Positions 16,119 to 16,715 of a stretch of 16,715 nt of DNA are shown in pieces. Each line of letters opens with the position of its first letter. The stretch's first letter is position 1. Under the pieces are notes generated by a model that was given only the letters and a program-made list of their open reading frames with translations, did not search any database and was not told where the DNA came from. The translations under genes and the position numbers were made by a program. This DNA is from an uncultured Deinococcales bacterium (GTDB lineage Bacteria > Deinococcota > Deinococci > Deinococcales > JAAFIG01), in contig CAXTTL010000099.1 in NCBI GenBank assembly GCA_964247135.1, forward strand, positions 1-16,715. The letters run 5' to 3'.

Positions 16119-16715
16119 ATGCGAAAACGTATCGGCGCGGCAGTATTGGTGGGCATCGGTTTACTGGCGGTGGGGGTGGCTCAAAATTCACGCTCGAGTA
16201 CGCTGGTGTATGGTCTGGATTCGAGTGATCTGATCACGCTCGATCCAGGTCAAAGTTACGAGTTCTCGGGTGGTCTGATTGCCGACAATTTGTACGAAAC
16301 GTTGGTGAAGTTTGAAGGCGAGGACTTGTCGACCCTGAAGCCCAGCATCGCCACCAAGTGGAGCACCAAAGATGCAGGCGATTCTTGGAAGGTCACGTTC
16401 AAGCTTCGCAACGAGAAATTTTCATCAGGCAATCCTGTGACCGCCGACGATGTGGTTTACACTTTTGACCGTGCGATTGCGCTCAAAGGCAACGGTTCGT
16501 TCTTGTTTACCGACGTGGCAAACATCAAGGTGGGCAGCACCAAAGCCATCGACAAATCCACGGTCGAAGTCAGCCTGCCCAAAACCGCCAGTCCAGCCGC
16601 TTTCCTCAACTTGCTGACCTTTAACATTGGTGGCATTGTGGACAGCGTGGTGGTCAAATCGCACGTGGTCAACAACGATTACGGTTCGGCTTGGCACAAG
16701 AACAACTCGGCGGGT
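16119..16715 (+). CDS. Second family 5 ABC substrate-binding protein, tandem paralog; runs off the right window edge
   Basis: Hand translation from ATG 16119 (RBS GAGGAGG, -10-like TAGACT at 16083-16088) gives MRKRIGAAVLVGIGLLAVGVAQNSRSSTLVYGLDSSDLITLDPGQSYEF..., open for 199 codons. About 152/179 residues from AQNSRSS onward are identical to the upstream gene by manual alignment. Confidence 0.92.
   Translation, partial: MRKRIGAAVLVGIGLLAVGVAQNSRSSTLVYGLDSSDLITLDPGQSYEFSGGLIADNLYETLVKFEGEDLSTLKPSIATKWSTKDAGDSWKVTFKLRNEKFSSGNPVTADDVVYTFDRAIALKGNGSFLFTDVANIKVGSTKAIDKSTVEVSLPKTASPAAFLNLLTFNIGGIVDSVVVKSHVVNNDYGSAWHKNNSAG

Larger units (their letters stand above)
148..16198. repeat. Highly iterated dispersed palindrome CTCGAG
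   Basis: About 137 occurrences counted by hand (about 1 per 120 bp) in coding and intergenic DNA, against 4-5 expected for a random hexamer. Confidence 0.95.

Noticed and set aside
148-16198. CTCGAG excess as a cloning, synthetic or assembly artefact, or as a CRISPR/tandem repeat
   Set aside because: The sites sit in frame within intact conserved genes with irregular spacing and unrelated flanks. There is no repeat-spacer periodicity.
16119-16715. Second binding-protein gene as an assembly duplication
   Set aside because: Many synonymous and non-synonymous differences and a distinct upstream region show it is a real paralog.

Overview
Bacterial chromosomal window, probably Deinococcota. That assignment is inferred from TANNNT -10 boxes just upstream of start codons, an RDRM-like operator and the protein style. 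In order it holds: the 5' part of a SWIM zinc-finger gene (missing from the ORF track), a two-gene rhamnose catabolic unit (rhaEW-type aldolase/dehydrogenase and rhaB), a YigE/DUF2233 exported protein, a family-B DNA polymerase coupled to a DinB-like gene, a small leaderless orphan gene, rqcH plus a GNAT, an HD-GYP/LuxR regulator followed by an uncharacterised secreted Cys/His-rich protein, and an RpiR regulator divergent from two tandem paralogous peptide ABC binding-protein genes (the second truncated and missing from the ORF track). Three signals stand out. (1) The palindrome CTCGAG occurs about 137 times by hand count against 4-5 expected, in all reading frames, like cyanobacterial HIP1. 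(2) A 16/17 match to the Deinococcus radiation/desiccation response motif covers the polB -10 box and start codon. (3) A perfect-armed 18-bp palindrome sits at about -43 of the promoter of the secreted protein, directly behind a degenerate HD-GYP/LuxR regulator. No rRNA, tRNA, CRISPR array, transposase or integrase was seen.
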